A stretch of 60,000 bases of DNA from Lama guanicoe (lineage: Eukaryota): contig MU054391.1 of NCBI GenBank assembly GCA_013239625.1, forward strand, positions 6,097,824-6,157,823. The letters run 5' to 3'. The notes beneath the pieces are model-generated. The model saw only the letters and a list, made by a program, of their open reading frames with translations, made no database searches and was not told the DNA's origin. Shown here in pieces: positions 34,386-47,210 of this stretch (position 1 is the stretch's first letter; the number at the start of each line of letters is the position of its first letter). The translations under genes were made by a program, and so were the position numbers.

Positions 34386-35149
34386 TCTTTGCCTTTCTGG
34401 CCTTTGGAAGCTGTGACTAAAATCTCGCCACCTACCCCCTTGTTCCCCACTTTACAACCTGCCTCTTCATCACCCCCATTCTCCAGCTCAGCCTCCTTTT
34501 CCAGTTGCGCCCAGTGGCTGGGGATGCAGTCCTCTGGGAAGGAAGCACCCAGCCCCATCCTGGGCTTAGAAACGCCCCGTTGGTGTCCCTGGTGGCACTG
34601 CAGAGCGTGCCCTCTGAGGACGAGCCGCCACTGCTGCGCTGGCTTAATCTGTATCGCTGACCATCTTTGGATTTGGGGAGGGGATTTACTATATTTAGAA
34701 AAAGTTAAGGGAGCATCATAAATCCTGTTAGTGGGCGGAACTGAAGAGATGGGATTCTTTATTGAGGAGGCTGACTTTTTCTTAGGAGTGGTGCATTTGA
34801 GACCAAAAAGACTGGGTTAAGTGATGGTTAAATGCTGAAAACTCATGGTGGGGGGGGGTCACCATAAATGGCAAGACTCCTTCTTCAGTCTCTCATGGAA
34901 CCACAGCTTCCTGGCTGGTCTCCAGAACAGAGGAGAAACTGAGCTTGGAAGAGTACCTTGTGCTTCTTATTTCTTTGAGATGGAGGTGACATTCTGTTAT
35001 CTTTCAGATTATTCATTTTCTTGGACCCTACAGTTCACTCATGAGTAAGATGTTAAAGTCTTTTCTGCCTCCTTTGTGTGGTTGCAGGGAGCAGCCGGAG
35101 AGATTTCACAGTTTAGAGCGAAATCTAAATGTGTATAATATAAATGGAT

Positions 35150-35612
35150 ACCCTCTCTGAGATGACTGAAATCAAAAAGCTGGACAATCGCAAGTGTTGG
35201 TGAAGATGCGGAGAAATAGAAGCATTGCTGGTGGGAGTGTAAAATGGTGTGGCCGCTTGGGGAAAACAATTTGGCATTCCTCCAACAATTAAGAGTTACC
35301 ATATGACATAGCAATTCCATTCCCAGAGAATGGAAAATGCATGTTCACACAAAACTTGTACACAATTGTTCATAACAGCATTACTCATAATAGCCCGAAT
35401 GTGGAGCAACTCAAATGCCCATCAGTTGATAAATCGATAAGCAAAATATGGTATATCCACGCAGTGGAATATTACCCAGCCATAAAAAGGAATGAAACAC
35501 TGATACGTGCTTCAACATGGATGACTCTTGAAAACATTATACTCAATGAAAGAAGCCAGACACAAAAGGATTGGAAATCACGGAATTGTATACTTTAAAA
35601 ACAAAACAAAGC
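35150..35612 (+). mobile_element. LINE-1 (L1MB-like) ORF2 end / 3' UTR fragment
   Basis: CAAGTGTTGGTGAAGATGCGGAGAAA...GGTGGGAGTGTAAAATGG...GAGTTACCATATGAC...AAAAGGAATGAA. ORF 35341-35598 (KCPSVDKSISKIWYIHAVEYYPAIKRNE) is the L1 ORF2 C-terminal motif. Confidence 0.92.
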
Positions 35613-35679
35613 AAATAATAATGGACATATTTTAACAAACTATTAAGGCAACATAAGGGAACAGGGTGTGAAATTTTGG

Positions 35680-35835
35680 AACCAGACAGGCTTGGATATT
35701 AGTTGTGTGATTTTTAAAAATTGATTGCTTAATCTTTTTGAGCCTCAGGCACCCCATCTGTAAAGTGGGGATAATTCCCACATTGTAGGGTTGGAGCACG
35801 GACTCAGCGAGGTGATGCACTCGCAGGTGCTTATG
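35680..35835 (+). mobile_element. MIR SINE fragment
   Basis: TTGCTTAATCTTTTTGAGCCTCAGGCACCCCATCTGTAAAGTGGGGATAAT. Confidence 0.7.
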
Positions 35836-35944
35836 GAGTGGTGGCTATGATTAGTTGGCCACCTTCTCTGTGCCCAGCTCAGTGTGCCAGCCATGGTAGT
35901 GTGGTCGTGGTGGCTCATGATTTAATGATGGGAGGGAATGCAAG

Positions 35945-36075
35945 CTAATGTCTACTGGGTGCTTACTACATGCCAGTGCCTGATGTCTAAGTGCTTTACT
36001 TGTACCATGTCTTTAATTCTCAGAGCAACCCCATAGCACCCTGAGATAGCTACGATGGACTGAGGATGTTTCTCA
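35945..36075 (-). mobile_element. MIR SINE fragment
   Basis: GCTAATGTCTACTGGGTGCTTACTACATGCCAG...CTAAGTGCTTTAC...TTTAATTCTCAGAGCAACCCCAT. Confidence 0.7.
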
Positions 36076-36809
36076 GGAAACCCCGGGTGGGGGCAGTGGG
36101 CGCCACACAGAGGGAATGAGATGTGCAACGAGTTGGGCATCTGAAGCTGGGTAATGGGTGCCCACTGTTCATTATACTGGTCTCTGTGTTTTGTATATAT
36201 TGGACTTTTTCTACAATAAAACGTTTAAAAACCAACAATGCCACTAGGAAGGCACTACAATTCGTTTTACAGATGGGAAAGTCGGGGTACAGAGCGTGCA
36301 AGGTTACATAGCAAGACTGAAAGACAGCTCACTACAGTCTTCTGGACGCTGGGGCTTAGCAACCAGACAGGTGACACAGGTCCCCGGGGCCAGTGGGTCT
36401 CCCGGGGTAACTTGAGACAAGTTCTTCCTACTGCCGGAGCCGCAGGGAGCCTGGGGTTCCTGCTTCACCCGACCACAGCTGATACCCGCCTTCTTCCCCA
36501 TCGCGAGAGATCCGGGCTTGACTGGTGGGAGATTGAAGGCTGTGACTTAAAGAGGGGAGACATTTTCCTTCTGCCCCTCAATGCAGGGATTCTTGGATAA
36601 CCAGGGCTTCATGACATCAGATGAAGTCCTTTCACCTGATTATGTGGATCTGGTAAAGTCTGTGGGCATGTGACATCACTTTGTTTCTCATATTGTGACC
36701 TTTCAAAAATTTGGGAATCAAATTGGGGCGGGGTGGCGGTGGGGGCATGTGCTTCCTTTTCCCACCCCATCTCCACTCCCTTCACCCCATCTCCGCTCCC
36801 TTCACACAG

Positions 36810-36910
36810 AGTGGCAATAAGACAGACCTGAGTATGAAATTTAGCCTCCTGACCAGCTGTGTGGCCTTGGAGAAATGGTTTAACCTCTCTGAGCCCAGTT
36901 TCTTCACCTG
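36810..36910 (+). mobile_element. MIR SINE fragment
   Basis: AGACAGACCTGAGT...ACCAGCTGTGTGGCCTTGGAGAAATGGTTTAACCTCTCTGAGCCCAGTTTCTTCACCTG. Confidence 0.75.
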
Positions 36911-39900
36911 AGCAGGAAAGCTATTGATGCGTCTTTTATTGAGTACTGGAGCTCCTGGGTGTGGTCTCCAGGCTGCTCCAACCACGGAAGGCATAACTAC
37001 TATGTTATAGGTTCTGTTGCTAAGAACTGCACTGCAATCTTGATAATGTTTTAAAGGATAATGTTTTCCAAGGATTGGCGGAGAAATGTTCTAGTTATTA
37101 ACGTTTCTTTACTGGTGGGTAATTCAGAACGTCACTTAAAATAGAAGAGGTGCTGACTTTGAGAGACCACCTATAAACGGCTGTGGGAACGCCCCCTGAG
37201 CGGGTGACAGCACCTGTTTGTCCCACCGGGATGCAGGCTCACAGGGAGTGAACTGGCTGGGCCACTAGGTCTGTAAGTGACAGAACTGGGCTCCAACCCC
37301 AAGCTTGTCACCCCCCGAAGCTTTGCTTTGTTGCTTTCACTTCAGGTATCAAGGGAGTCTTCTTTGGGACCTAGTCTGATCCATAAAGAGCCTTTGAGAA
37401 GAAACTGCAGCCTGCAGGCCCTGCAGCCTTATGGGGCCCTGGCTCCCTGGCCGGCTCCAAAGCCCAGAGCCCCTTCCCTCCCCGGTCCCCGAGTCCCTGT
37501 CATGTTGACTTCCCTCTGGGTAAGAAAGAGCTCTTATAATCATGATGATTTTATTAAATTAACCCTCAAACTTCTCTTCTTTGGGCTAAATCATCCCCTT
37601 TCCCCCTCTCCCCTCAGAACATCTGTCATAAATTCTAGACGCTGTATTGGACATGCAGTAAATTCCAAATAAATTACATGACAGCCCACCAAGCTAAGCT
37701 CCACAGAATGCACCTGGAGGGAGGTTTTCAGCAGAGTTATACTTTCAGTTGGCTGTCCTGGGCAATGTTTGTTACAGCCTAGGCGGAAGACCCAAAAGTC
37801 TAGATGTAAAATGGAAATTGTGGCAGAAATTGAACTCCAGGGTTGCTTCTCTGTCAGGCTCGGCTGTGACGGCAGGGTTGGGGCTGGGTCTTTAAGCAAA
37901 ACTCTCCCTAGAGGCAAGGAAGCTGCCCCAAGACTTCGGAAACCTAAACTGGAGCTGTTGGCTTGGACAAATTCGGGAAGTGATTCCAGGGCCGCGTAAC
38001 TGTGTTGCAAGAACGCCCGAGGCGGGTGGGGGAGCTCAGCGGGAGCAGAAGCTGGCCGGCCAGTGTTTCCGGAGGGGTGTGACTGTGTTAAAGCAACGCC
38101 TTTTTGATTACCCTCTGGGAAATTCAGGTATTTTGAAAAGTTCCAGAAGTTGGGAGTTTAAGGGGTTCTTCATCTCAGAGTTGCGCTCTTTCATTTAGAT
38201 AGGGATTTCGTAAGATTTCAGACAGATTTTTTTTTTATTGCTGGTGAGTAATCAGTGACTCGCCACTGGAAGAGCTTGAGGGTGGGAGCCCTGCACCGCT
38301 CAGCTCCAAGGGGCCCCCTGCCTCTGCGCAGGCGCCGGGAAGGCACAGCCCTGCCTTCTGTGTGCAAGGCCGGGTAGCTCTGGGTCCCGGGATAAGGTGG
38401 TAAAGCGCTGCCGTCCCTCGCCTCCAGCCTGATGGGGAGGATGGACCTAAATAATACAACCCACGGGGACCACTGCCCAGAGAGCTCCGGGAGGGACTGA
38501 TTGACCCAGCAGGGTGGGGGTGCTGGGAGGAGTCTCAGGGTTGAGAGAGGTCTTGTTTGCCTGGGCTTTTAGGAATGCTAGACTTTTGGCGTGGGAAGAA
38601 ATTGAGGTGAGTGCCTTCCAGGCATAAGGAACAGCATGTGCTAAGGCACCTGGGCCGTGAAAAGCCAGATGTGTTTAAGCTCTTTCTGTGCCTCCAGTGC
38701 TCACTCTAGTTGAGTTTTGTTCTGTCACAGGGCAAGGAGAGGCACAATCTGTTCCTGGGCTGGGTCAGCGCCCTCCAGAGACTGGCCAGAACGTTCCAGT
38801 CTGGCCTCTGAGGATTTTACCAGCCTGTCTGCCCCGTGGCCTGAATCCAAGGCTGTGGCGTGTAAGTGGCTGTTTGCATCTCTCCCTGCAGGGTCCCCTG
38901 TTCCCCTCATGAGCAGATGGACGCTCTAGCCAGGGCATGGCTGAGCCATGCAGTGGAAACACAGGCTTTGCCCGTGTGGGAGAGGAGGGAGGAGGAGGAC
39001 CGTTCCTTCTTCTAACTAAGGCTGGCAGAATTTTAAAAAGGGGAAACATTTGGTCCTTTTCATTCCTCTTTGCATCCCCTTCATCCTGCCAAAGACTGTT
39101 CTCCCCTAAGGCACCCACGGAGGCCTGTCCCTTCCCCCTGAAACACACCACATGTATTACTTACCCATTCTTCCTCTGCCCCTCTGCTAAGGTCTAAGAA
39201 GGTCCATGCTCAGAGTGGCAGCTCCCTTCGGGGGCAAGATGAATGCAACCTGCTGGTAATTCACACTAACGTGTGAAGGACTGATGGCACTGTATACCCC
39301 ACGAGACTCCTGGGTGTGTGTGTGGGTGGGGGCAGTGTTTGGATGGTGGGCCACCCGGGGGGCAGGAGAGCCAGTCTAGCATCTGCCCACAGACTTTCAC
39401 TTAAGCTATTCCTGCTGCTCCCAGGGTTGTCCTTTCTTTCTCTTCTGCATTTGGAGGCTTCTTGAGGTCTGTAGCACTCTCAGGGTGAGGAGTGGCTTTG
39501 GGTGGGGCCTCTGGCACGTAGGTTTACAAGCTGCAGACTCTGGATGGAACATGGCCAAGGCCGGCTCAGAGTGACCCGCCGGAACCAACTAAAACTAAGC
39601 TTGAAGGCCAGAAACAAAACACATCCTCGTGGAGGACGAGGGGTGTTTAGATTGGCCACTGTTGCCACGTAAAATCCTTCTGCTGTCCTCCTGGTGGGGG
39701 TGGTGGCGGCTGAGGGGTTAGGGGAAAGAGGAGTGACCAGAGAAGTAAGAGAAGAGGGCTCAGTCTGGAGGCTGGACAAATGGCCCGGCCACACCTCTCC
39801 AAGCAAGTAATTTGGGAGCAAGCCTCAGGCAGGTCCGCGCCCCAGGAGGACCCACGCTTCTCCCCGGGTTTTTGAGAATTAGCGCACCAGCTCTTTGACG

Positions 39901-40825
39901 TGCAGGCCCAACAGCGCATTGAGTCTGCACAGAGCCCTGACCTGTTGCTTTTTACCTGGGCTATTGAGCTATTGAAGGACCAGGGATGCAGGTTCCTTAT
40001 TAAAAACAAAAAACAAAACAAGAAAAGCAGGACAAGCACGCAGAAGCCTGAGAGCTTCGGTGCCCTCATCAGCCCCGCGGCTTTGATCTTGGAGGACGAG
40101 GAAGACATGGTCTTTGATGTGTGCTCTCCCCATGGGCATCACCATGAGCCGTCTGTGAAGGCGGTGCTGCTGTTCGGAGCCAAGGATTAATTATGTAACA
40201 GAGCCCAGATCCCCGGGCAGGCGGCCGCAGCAAGAAGGGACCCCCGGAAGGCTCCTGCCTGAGTGCCCCCAGGTGCCTTGGGATTAGCCTAAGGCTCGGT
40301 TATTTGGGAAGCATGAATGAAGGCCCATCTGTCACTCGGACGCATTGAACAGTGTTTCTTAAATTGTACGGTTACTGCCTTTATGGAGTCCAGAATAGCT
40401 TCTTGGATATCACTCTGCAGGTCCCTGAAATGGAGCCCGGTGCAGAGAAATTAAGAAAAGCTATCGGGCATCTGCAGCCGCTATTATACCATCTGGTGGC
40501 TCAGAAATATTTTATAATCAAATGAGTAAGACGGGCTTCTCTCACAAACATGCTACGGTTCACGGCGCCCCCTCCACCCTCCCCTCCCCGTGCCTTCTCT
40601 CACCCCCCACCCCCGTTTCTGTGTCTCTCTCCTGTCTTTGGGAAACACCAGAGGAATCTTCTCCCAGGAGTAAGAGACCATCTACTAGCTGGGTAACCTT
40701 GGGCAGCTCGGATTTTTCCAAGGATAGTGCTGGTATGTGAATCAAAATGGGATTGATGTATGAGCGTGTCCTGCTTTGATGCTATGTACTACTTCTCTTA
40801 GAAAGACGTTAAAATTGTATACTTG

Positions 40826-41085
40826 GTGGGGGAAGGAATAAATGAGGAATTTGAGATTAACAGGTACATACTACTACATATAAAAGAGATAAACAATGTG
40901 GTCCTACTTTATAGCAGAGGGAACTATATTCAATATCTTGTAATAACCTATAATAGAAAAGAATCTGAAAAAGAATAGATATATATGTATAACTGAATTA
41001 CTTTGCTGTACACCTGAAACCTTGTGAATCAACTATACGTCAATAAAATTTAAGTAAAATTTAGAATTTAAAAAAGAAAACGAAA
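40826..41085 (+). mobile_element. 5'-truncated artiodactyl-type LINE-1 3' end
   Basis: TATAGCAGAGGGAACTATATTCAATATCTTGTAATAACCTATAAT...TGCTGTACACCTGAAAC...TCAATAAAA plus A tail. TSD AAAATTGTATACTTG (40811-40825) / AAAATTGTACACTTG (41086-41100). Confidence 0.92.
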
Positions 41086-44000
41086 AAAATTGTACACTTG
41101 AACTTTTTCTGAATATAATTGTGTTACACACATGTTCCCTGTAGAATATTCAGAAAATATAAAGAAACTAGAAAACAAATTATTAATGCGTAATACCCCC
41201 TCCCTTCAAAGGGGCAACCACTGAGAACATGTGGCCACTTTGGGGAAGATTTTCTAAGTTGCTTGAGCACATAGATGGTCTGTATACGCAAACCAGGAGT
41301 AATTGTGGGCATAAATGGAGTGTGCGTCTGTGGGCACGTTGGAGTGTGCTCCCGAGGAGGCATGTGTGTGTGTCCATGTACGTGAATGTGTGCTCACGTG
41401 CATGCTCACGTGTGTGCAATGCTTTGGGGTCCTCAGACCTCCTTTGTTCCCTGGCAGGGCACTGGCTCTGTTCCATTTGTGTCTTTCTTTGAGAGGAAGT
41501 CGGGGTGCTTGTGGTGCAGGGGGATGTGGAGGGTACACGGCTGGCTTCCCCTAGTGTTCGCTTTCAGCAGTGCTGCAGACCAGGTGGTCAGGCCCTGCAG
41601 GAGGCTCTGGGATGTGGAGGAGGAATCTCCATCCTGGGATGCCCTGACCCACTTGTCCTTGACCTCATTACTGCCTGTGTGCCTCATTCACAACTGCTTC
41701 TGGAGTCCCCGAGGCTTACTTTCTGTGCCTGGCACCACCCTCCTGCCCCAACTCCACCCCTTGTGGCTTTTCTCCTCTTTAGATTGGACGGCAGTCCTGT
41801 CTTCCAGAGACAGTTAAGCAAGACAAACTCCAGATACTCTTGAGGGTGTCTGTGTCTGAAGTCGTGAGCTGGTCAGTGTACACAATCAGTGAAGCGTGTC
41901 CCCACATTGACTGGACAACAGAGCTGAGGACCCCAGACCAGAGACAGGTGTTTATTTACATTGATTAGGTGCCAGGAGAGCATTTAGCGTGGTCACCGTG
42001 GAGCAGAACTGAAAGTACTGTATTTTCAGCAAGATAGTACAAACCGAGAACGTGACAGACTGTCAGTTTCTGTCTCCCTCCCCTTTTGTTTTCTGTATCT
42101 ATTAAAGCCCCAGACTCCCTACACAGACTCTGGCCCTCCTCCTCCCTCCACCTTCGCTCTCCCTGTCCGCCACCCCACCCGCCGCCCAGACCCCTTTCTA
42201 AGGGGTTTGTATTTATTTGCCTGCAAGGGGAGGTGGGATGCAAACCGTCTTCATCCTCAAAGGGAAACAGTGCTCACAGATAAGCCCAAGTATTGCATGA
42301 CTGGAATTCACTTTCAGAAGTCTCTGGAACCCCTGCCCCGGTGCGGGCTGCTGGCGGAAGCTGGTTACATGAGTTCAGCCTGCTGTGCCGGCCAGCCTCA
42401 TGAGAGGGAGTGTATCTGAACACCTGGGCTCTGCGGTCCGAGCGGGGGGCCCTGATCTTTAGAAGGACTTGCTCACGTGGTCATTGGTTTGTTCTTTGAA
42501 GCAGCCCCTCTGAGTGCCTGTTTGGTGCCAGGCTCAGCCGCGGCAGAACCACATGGGCCCCGGTGTGCAGGGAATCCAGGGAAAGCTTCCTTGCGGGCTG
42601 GCGGCTGGCTTGGACCACAGTGGTTTCATGTTAAGGGAAAAGAATGTGCCTCCCAGTGCCTGATAATGAGCATTCCTGATAATTCCTGATAATAAGCTCC
42701 AGCCACAGGTGTCAGTGGGGGAGTGAGGCAGGGAGGAAAACAGTTTTCAAATGGCTGCACCTACCACACCTCGTCTGGAAGCGCCTCCTTCTACTCTAGG
42801 GTCCCAGGGTCTGATTTGGGGGTGTCAGTCCCTTCCTTCAAGCCCAGTTCAGACACTCTGAGTCCTTCTTCCAGCCCCTGGTCCCCTACAGGTTTAAACA
42901 CACCTCGGTTACCGTCTCTTTCCAGGGGAGGTTGGGAATTCCTGGAAGCCTCCTTCAGATCCCTGCGATCCACTCTGGTCCTGGAGCAGGGGCCGAATCC
43001 ACTTGTCTTCAGCTCCCCAGTCCCTTTATTCCTATGTCTTTGTTGATTCAGACAGCGTCCTGGCTTAGCAGACTGTCTTTCAAACGTAAGAAAACATAAC
43101 AAGAATGTGGAGAGGGGGTATGCCCAGAAGGATGGAAGGCACGTTTCAGTAGCCTCTGCCGTCCCAGAAGCCCTGGTCTGCAGGAGAAGGCCCAGGGTCC
43201 TGATAAGCCACTCTTAAGTGTGTCATTCATTTTTTTCATTCTATTCTTAGGTGCCTACTGTAAACCCAGCATAGTGTTGGGCACATAGAAGCAAGACCGG
43301 CAGTGGAGGAATTTAGGTACAGTGAGACGGGAACTCTTAACCCACTTATTTTGCATCTATCAAAGCAGAAGCATTGTGTTGCTTTAGAAATACTCTAACT
43401 TCTGGCCTTGTCCCAGGAAATCCAGACTTGTCGGGCGCAAGGTTGCTCAAAGCCTGTTTGATTCAGCCGCCTTGCCTTATTTCTAAAAGCAAGCCCGCCT
43501 CTTCAGCAGCTGACTCAAAATGCTTAGCGGAGGGGCCTAGCTTAGTTTCGACCAAATTCAGGGATCGATTTCGGTGTTTCATGGCTCTCAGTGGAAGTAG
43601 CAGCGTCCTCGAGGCGGGCGGTCCTGATTAGTTTGCGTTCCATGCTTTCCCGTTTACCTGTGCAGCACGGGGGTGCTTTGTTGGCTTCGGGAGACAGCGC
43701 TGGCCAGGACAGTGTGGCATTCCTGAATTTCTTCCCATTGTGAGCGGGAAGTATTGGGATCTGAATCTTAAAAAGAAAAATTCATCACACGTTTTCTCTA
43801 CTAGAAAAAGCAACCCAGACGCATTAGAACATCTTGAAAACACTAAATGATGAAAAGGAGAGAGGAAAAATGGACATCATGTCACACCTGCCCAGTTAAC
43901 CATTGTGTATTTGGGTCCAGAAAAAGCCCTTTTCTGCTACCATCAGCCCTGGCAGTGTGTTGCTTATTTGAAAAAGATGATTAAAGAGGAGATCCTAAAA

Positions 44001-44158
44001 ATGAAAAAAACTTAATACAGGCATACCTCGAGCATTTTATTTTAACAGAAAACATTTCATTTTAACATAAACCATGTGTTCATTCTCCTGTCTTCTGATT
44101 TGAGGCCCAGGCCTTTCCTGGATTATGGATCCACTGGATGGTGTCCACATTATCTTTT

Positions 44159-44318
44159 AAATTTTTGTTTTATTTATTTATTTAATTTTTTAGTTTTTGT
44201 TTTTTTTGGGGGCAGAAGTAATTAGGTTTTTATTTATTTTAATGGAGGTATTGGGGATTGAACCCAGGACCTTGTGCATGCTAAGCACGTGCTCTACCAC
44301 TGAGCTATACCCTCCCCC
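44159..44318 (-). mobile_element. tRNA-Ala-derived SINE (Vic-1-like)
   Basis: Reverse complement reads GGGGGAGGGTATAGCTCAGTGGTAGAGCACGTGCTTAGCATGCACAAGGTCCTGGGTTCAATCCCCAATACCTCCA...AAACCTAATTAC plus A tail. TSD ACATTATCTTTT / ACATTACCTTTT. Confidence 0.95.
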
Positions 44319-44680
44319 TACATTACCTTTTTTGTAGTATCCTTTACTGCATTTTCAGTGATTTTTGGTTTCTGTTTCTATCAGGTAAAGAAGGAACTGA
44401 GTGCCCAGTACATGCAGGTTTTTACACATGCCTGATATTATACAGCTATTTTGTCTGTGCCTGATTTAACAGCCATCTTCCCCAAATTCAACTCTTATTT
44501 CATACAATTTCTTTTTAACTCCTATTCCAAGGTTTACATACAATTTAATTAAGTGATGTAATTACGTAAGTACAGCTGGTGGAAGAAGGTCTGAGGACAA
44601 ACACGACTGAGTCCTGGTGAGCTGAGTGCAGCTCGCCCCGAGGGCCCGGCAGGCAAGGCTGTGTGGAGTAAAAGAGCAGT

Positions 44681-46595
44681 ACAGAAAAATGAAGTGCATT
44701 TCCCTACACTTGCAGCGAACAATCTGAAAGTTAAATTAAGAAAATAATTCCATGTACAATAGCATCAAAGAGCGTAGAACGCTTAGGAATAAATTTAACA
44801 AAAGAAGTGCAAGACTTACACTCTGAAAACGAAAAAATATTTTGAAACAAATTAAAGACCTAATTAAATGGGAGGACATCCGGGGCGGGAGGGTATAGCT
44901 CGGGGTAGAGTGCGCGCTTAGCATGCATGAGGTCCTGGGTTCAATCTCCATTAAAACAAACAAACAAACAAACAAATAAACCTAATTCCCCCCGAAATTA
45001 AAAAAATAAAAATAAATGGAAAGATATCTCATGTTCATGGACTGCAGGACTTAATATTGTTAAGATGGCACTGTGCCCAAATTTAATCTGCCAATCAGCA
45101 CAGCCCCCTATGAAAATTGCAGTTGGATTCGTTGCAGAAATTGACAAGTAGATTCTAAAATTCATCTGGAAACTTAAGAGACCCAGAATAACCAAAACAG
45201 TCTTGAAAAGAAGAACTAAGTAGAAGGACTCACACTTCCTGATTTCAAAAGTTATTACAAAGCATGAGTAATTCAGTCAGTGTGGTACTAGCACAAGGAT
45301 AGACATACAGATCAATGGAATAGAACTGAAAGTCCAGAAATAAGTCCTCACATTTACAGTCAATTGATTTTCAATGATAGCAGATAATTCAATAGGGAAA
45401 CAATAGCCTTTTTAACAAATGGTGTGGAGCAACTGGATAGCCACGTGTGAAAGAATGAAGTTGGGCCTCTACCTCACACCATTTATAAATATTAACTCAA
45501 AATGGATCAAAGACCTAAATGTAAGAGCTAAAATAATAAAACTCTTAGAAGAAAAATAGGTGTAAATCTTCTTGACCTGAATTTAGGCAATTATTTCTTG
45601 TATTATATAAGCATAGCTTTAGATAAATTGAAGTTATGAAAACTTCTGTGCTTCAAAAGTTCGCTATCAAGAAAATGAAAAAAAGACAACCCAAAAATGG
45701 AAACAAATATTTGCAAATCATTATATTCTATATCTGGTATGTATATAGAGAGCTCTCACAACTCAATAATAAAAGACAAACCAATTTAAAAGTGGGCAAA
45801 GGCTTTGAACAGACATCTCTCCAGAGGAGATACGCAAAGGGCCAACAAGCATGTAAAAAGATGCTTAAGATCGTTCATCATCAGAGAAATGCAAATCAAA
45901 ACCACAATGAGATAGTACTTCACACCCACTAAGATTTCTAGCATCAAAAAGTCAGATCAATACAAGTGTTGGCAAGGATTTGGAGAAACTGGTACCCTCT
46001 TACACTGCTGGTAGGAATGAAAATGGTGTAGTTGTTTTGGAAAACCATCAGGTGGTTCCTCACGAGGTTAAACACAGAGTTACCATAGGATGCAGCAATT
46101 CCACTCCCAGGTATATATACACATGAAAACTTGTACCTAAGTGTGGAAGCAACCCAAATGTCCATCAGCTGGTGAACGGATAAACAGAAGAGATGTGTCC
46201 ATACAATGGAATATTATTTGGTAGTAAAGAGGGTAAAGTACTGCTCATGCTACAACACGCATGGAGCTTAAAAACAACATGCCGCATGAATGAAGTGAGT
46301 CACAAGACACCACGTATTGTGTGGTTCCATTCGTGTGGAATGTCCAGAGTGGCAAATGTAAAGAGATGAAAGCTGATTCATGGTTGCTTAGGGCTGGCGT
46401 TGGGAGGATGGTGGGAATGGGGAGTGACTGCTGATGGTGCAGGATTTGTTTTGTGAGGGATGAAAATGTTCTAAAATTGATTGTGTTGGTGGTGGCGGCA
46501 CCACTCTGTGCAACTCTTTTGAGCTGTACGTTTGAAATTTGGTGTATGGCATGTAAATTCTATCTCAAAAATCTGTTATTTTAAAAACAAAACAA
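44681..46595 (+). mobile_element. LINE-1 (L1MB-like) ~1.8-kb 3' fragment, ORF2 decayed
   Basis: TTAGGAATAAATTTAACAAAAGAAGTGCAAGACTTA encodes LGINLTKEVQDL. Also ATCAATGGAATAGAACTGA, AGAGAAATGCAAATCAAAACCACAATGAGATA and an L1MB-type 3' UTR ending at an A-rich tail. Many stops and frameshifts. Confidence 0.95.
44881..45012 (+). mobile_element. tRNA-Ala-derived SINE (Vic-1-like) inserted in L1
   Basis: GGGAGGGTATAGCTCGGGGTAGAGTGCGCGCTTAGCATGCATGAGGTCCTGGGTTCAATCTCCA, then (AAAC)n and AAACCTAATT. TSD TAAATGGGAGGACATC (44865-44880) / TAAATGGAAAGATATC (45013-45028). Confidence 0.93.
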
Positions 46596-47210
46596 AGCAC
46601 ACAGGAGCACTGCTGCTTATCCACATCCGCCCCTGCTTGTCCCCTTCCCCTTTTCCCCATCTCAAGTTTCTAGTGGGTTCTTCTGCATCCTGTTCCTTTT
46701 GAGGTGTTTGGGACCCTCAAAAGGGTCCCTCCCTAAACCCTTTAACCCCCTTCTTAGAATGTAGACTGTACCTTGGCACTCACCCACATACCACTAAAAC
46801 TTTTCCACTCTTGTCTTGAATCTCTTTCTTTTTCTCTTTCTTAATGGGCTGATTTCCCCATAGGTTTGTGTCTGGATCTAAATTAATGACCCTGGAAGCA
46901 ATTGACTTCATTCCCACATGAGCTAGTTCCATTGGCACAGGTCGTGCGTGCTGGGGCAAGACCAGACCCGTCTCTTCCTCGATAGCCCTCTGGGCAGCCG
47001 TGTGGGGCTCGGGACGGTGAGGTCAGGGTGGCACCCACGGCGAGGTGGGTCCTCTGCACCCTTTTGTCTCCACCTGAGGCTGCAGCCACCTCTGTTTGGC
47101 CCTCAGGGCTGGCAGGGGGCTGGGGGCCCTCACCCAGGTGCTTCCCCTGGGTAAGAGGATTCAGGAGGCAGGAGGCTGGGCGTGAAGAGAAGCCTGAGGG
47201 AAAGTCAGTT

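Noticed and set aside
44243..44314. tRNA-Ala(AGC) gene call (also at ~300, ~15900 and ~44885)
   Set aside because: Each copy has stem mismatches, an A-rich SINE tail and target-site duplications, so these are SINEs rather than tRNA genes.
45636..45932. 98-aa ORF (and 35341-35598)
   Set aside because: Remnants of decayed L1 ORF2, not host genes.
46710..46729. 8-bp hairpin GGGACCCT-CAAA-AGGGTCCC
   Set aside because: Short enough to be expected by chance in 60 kb, with no supporting context.
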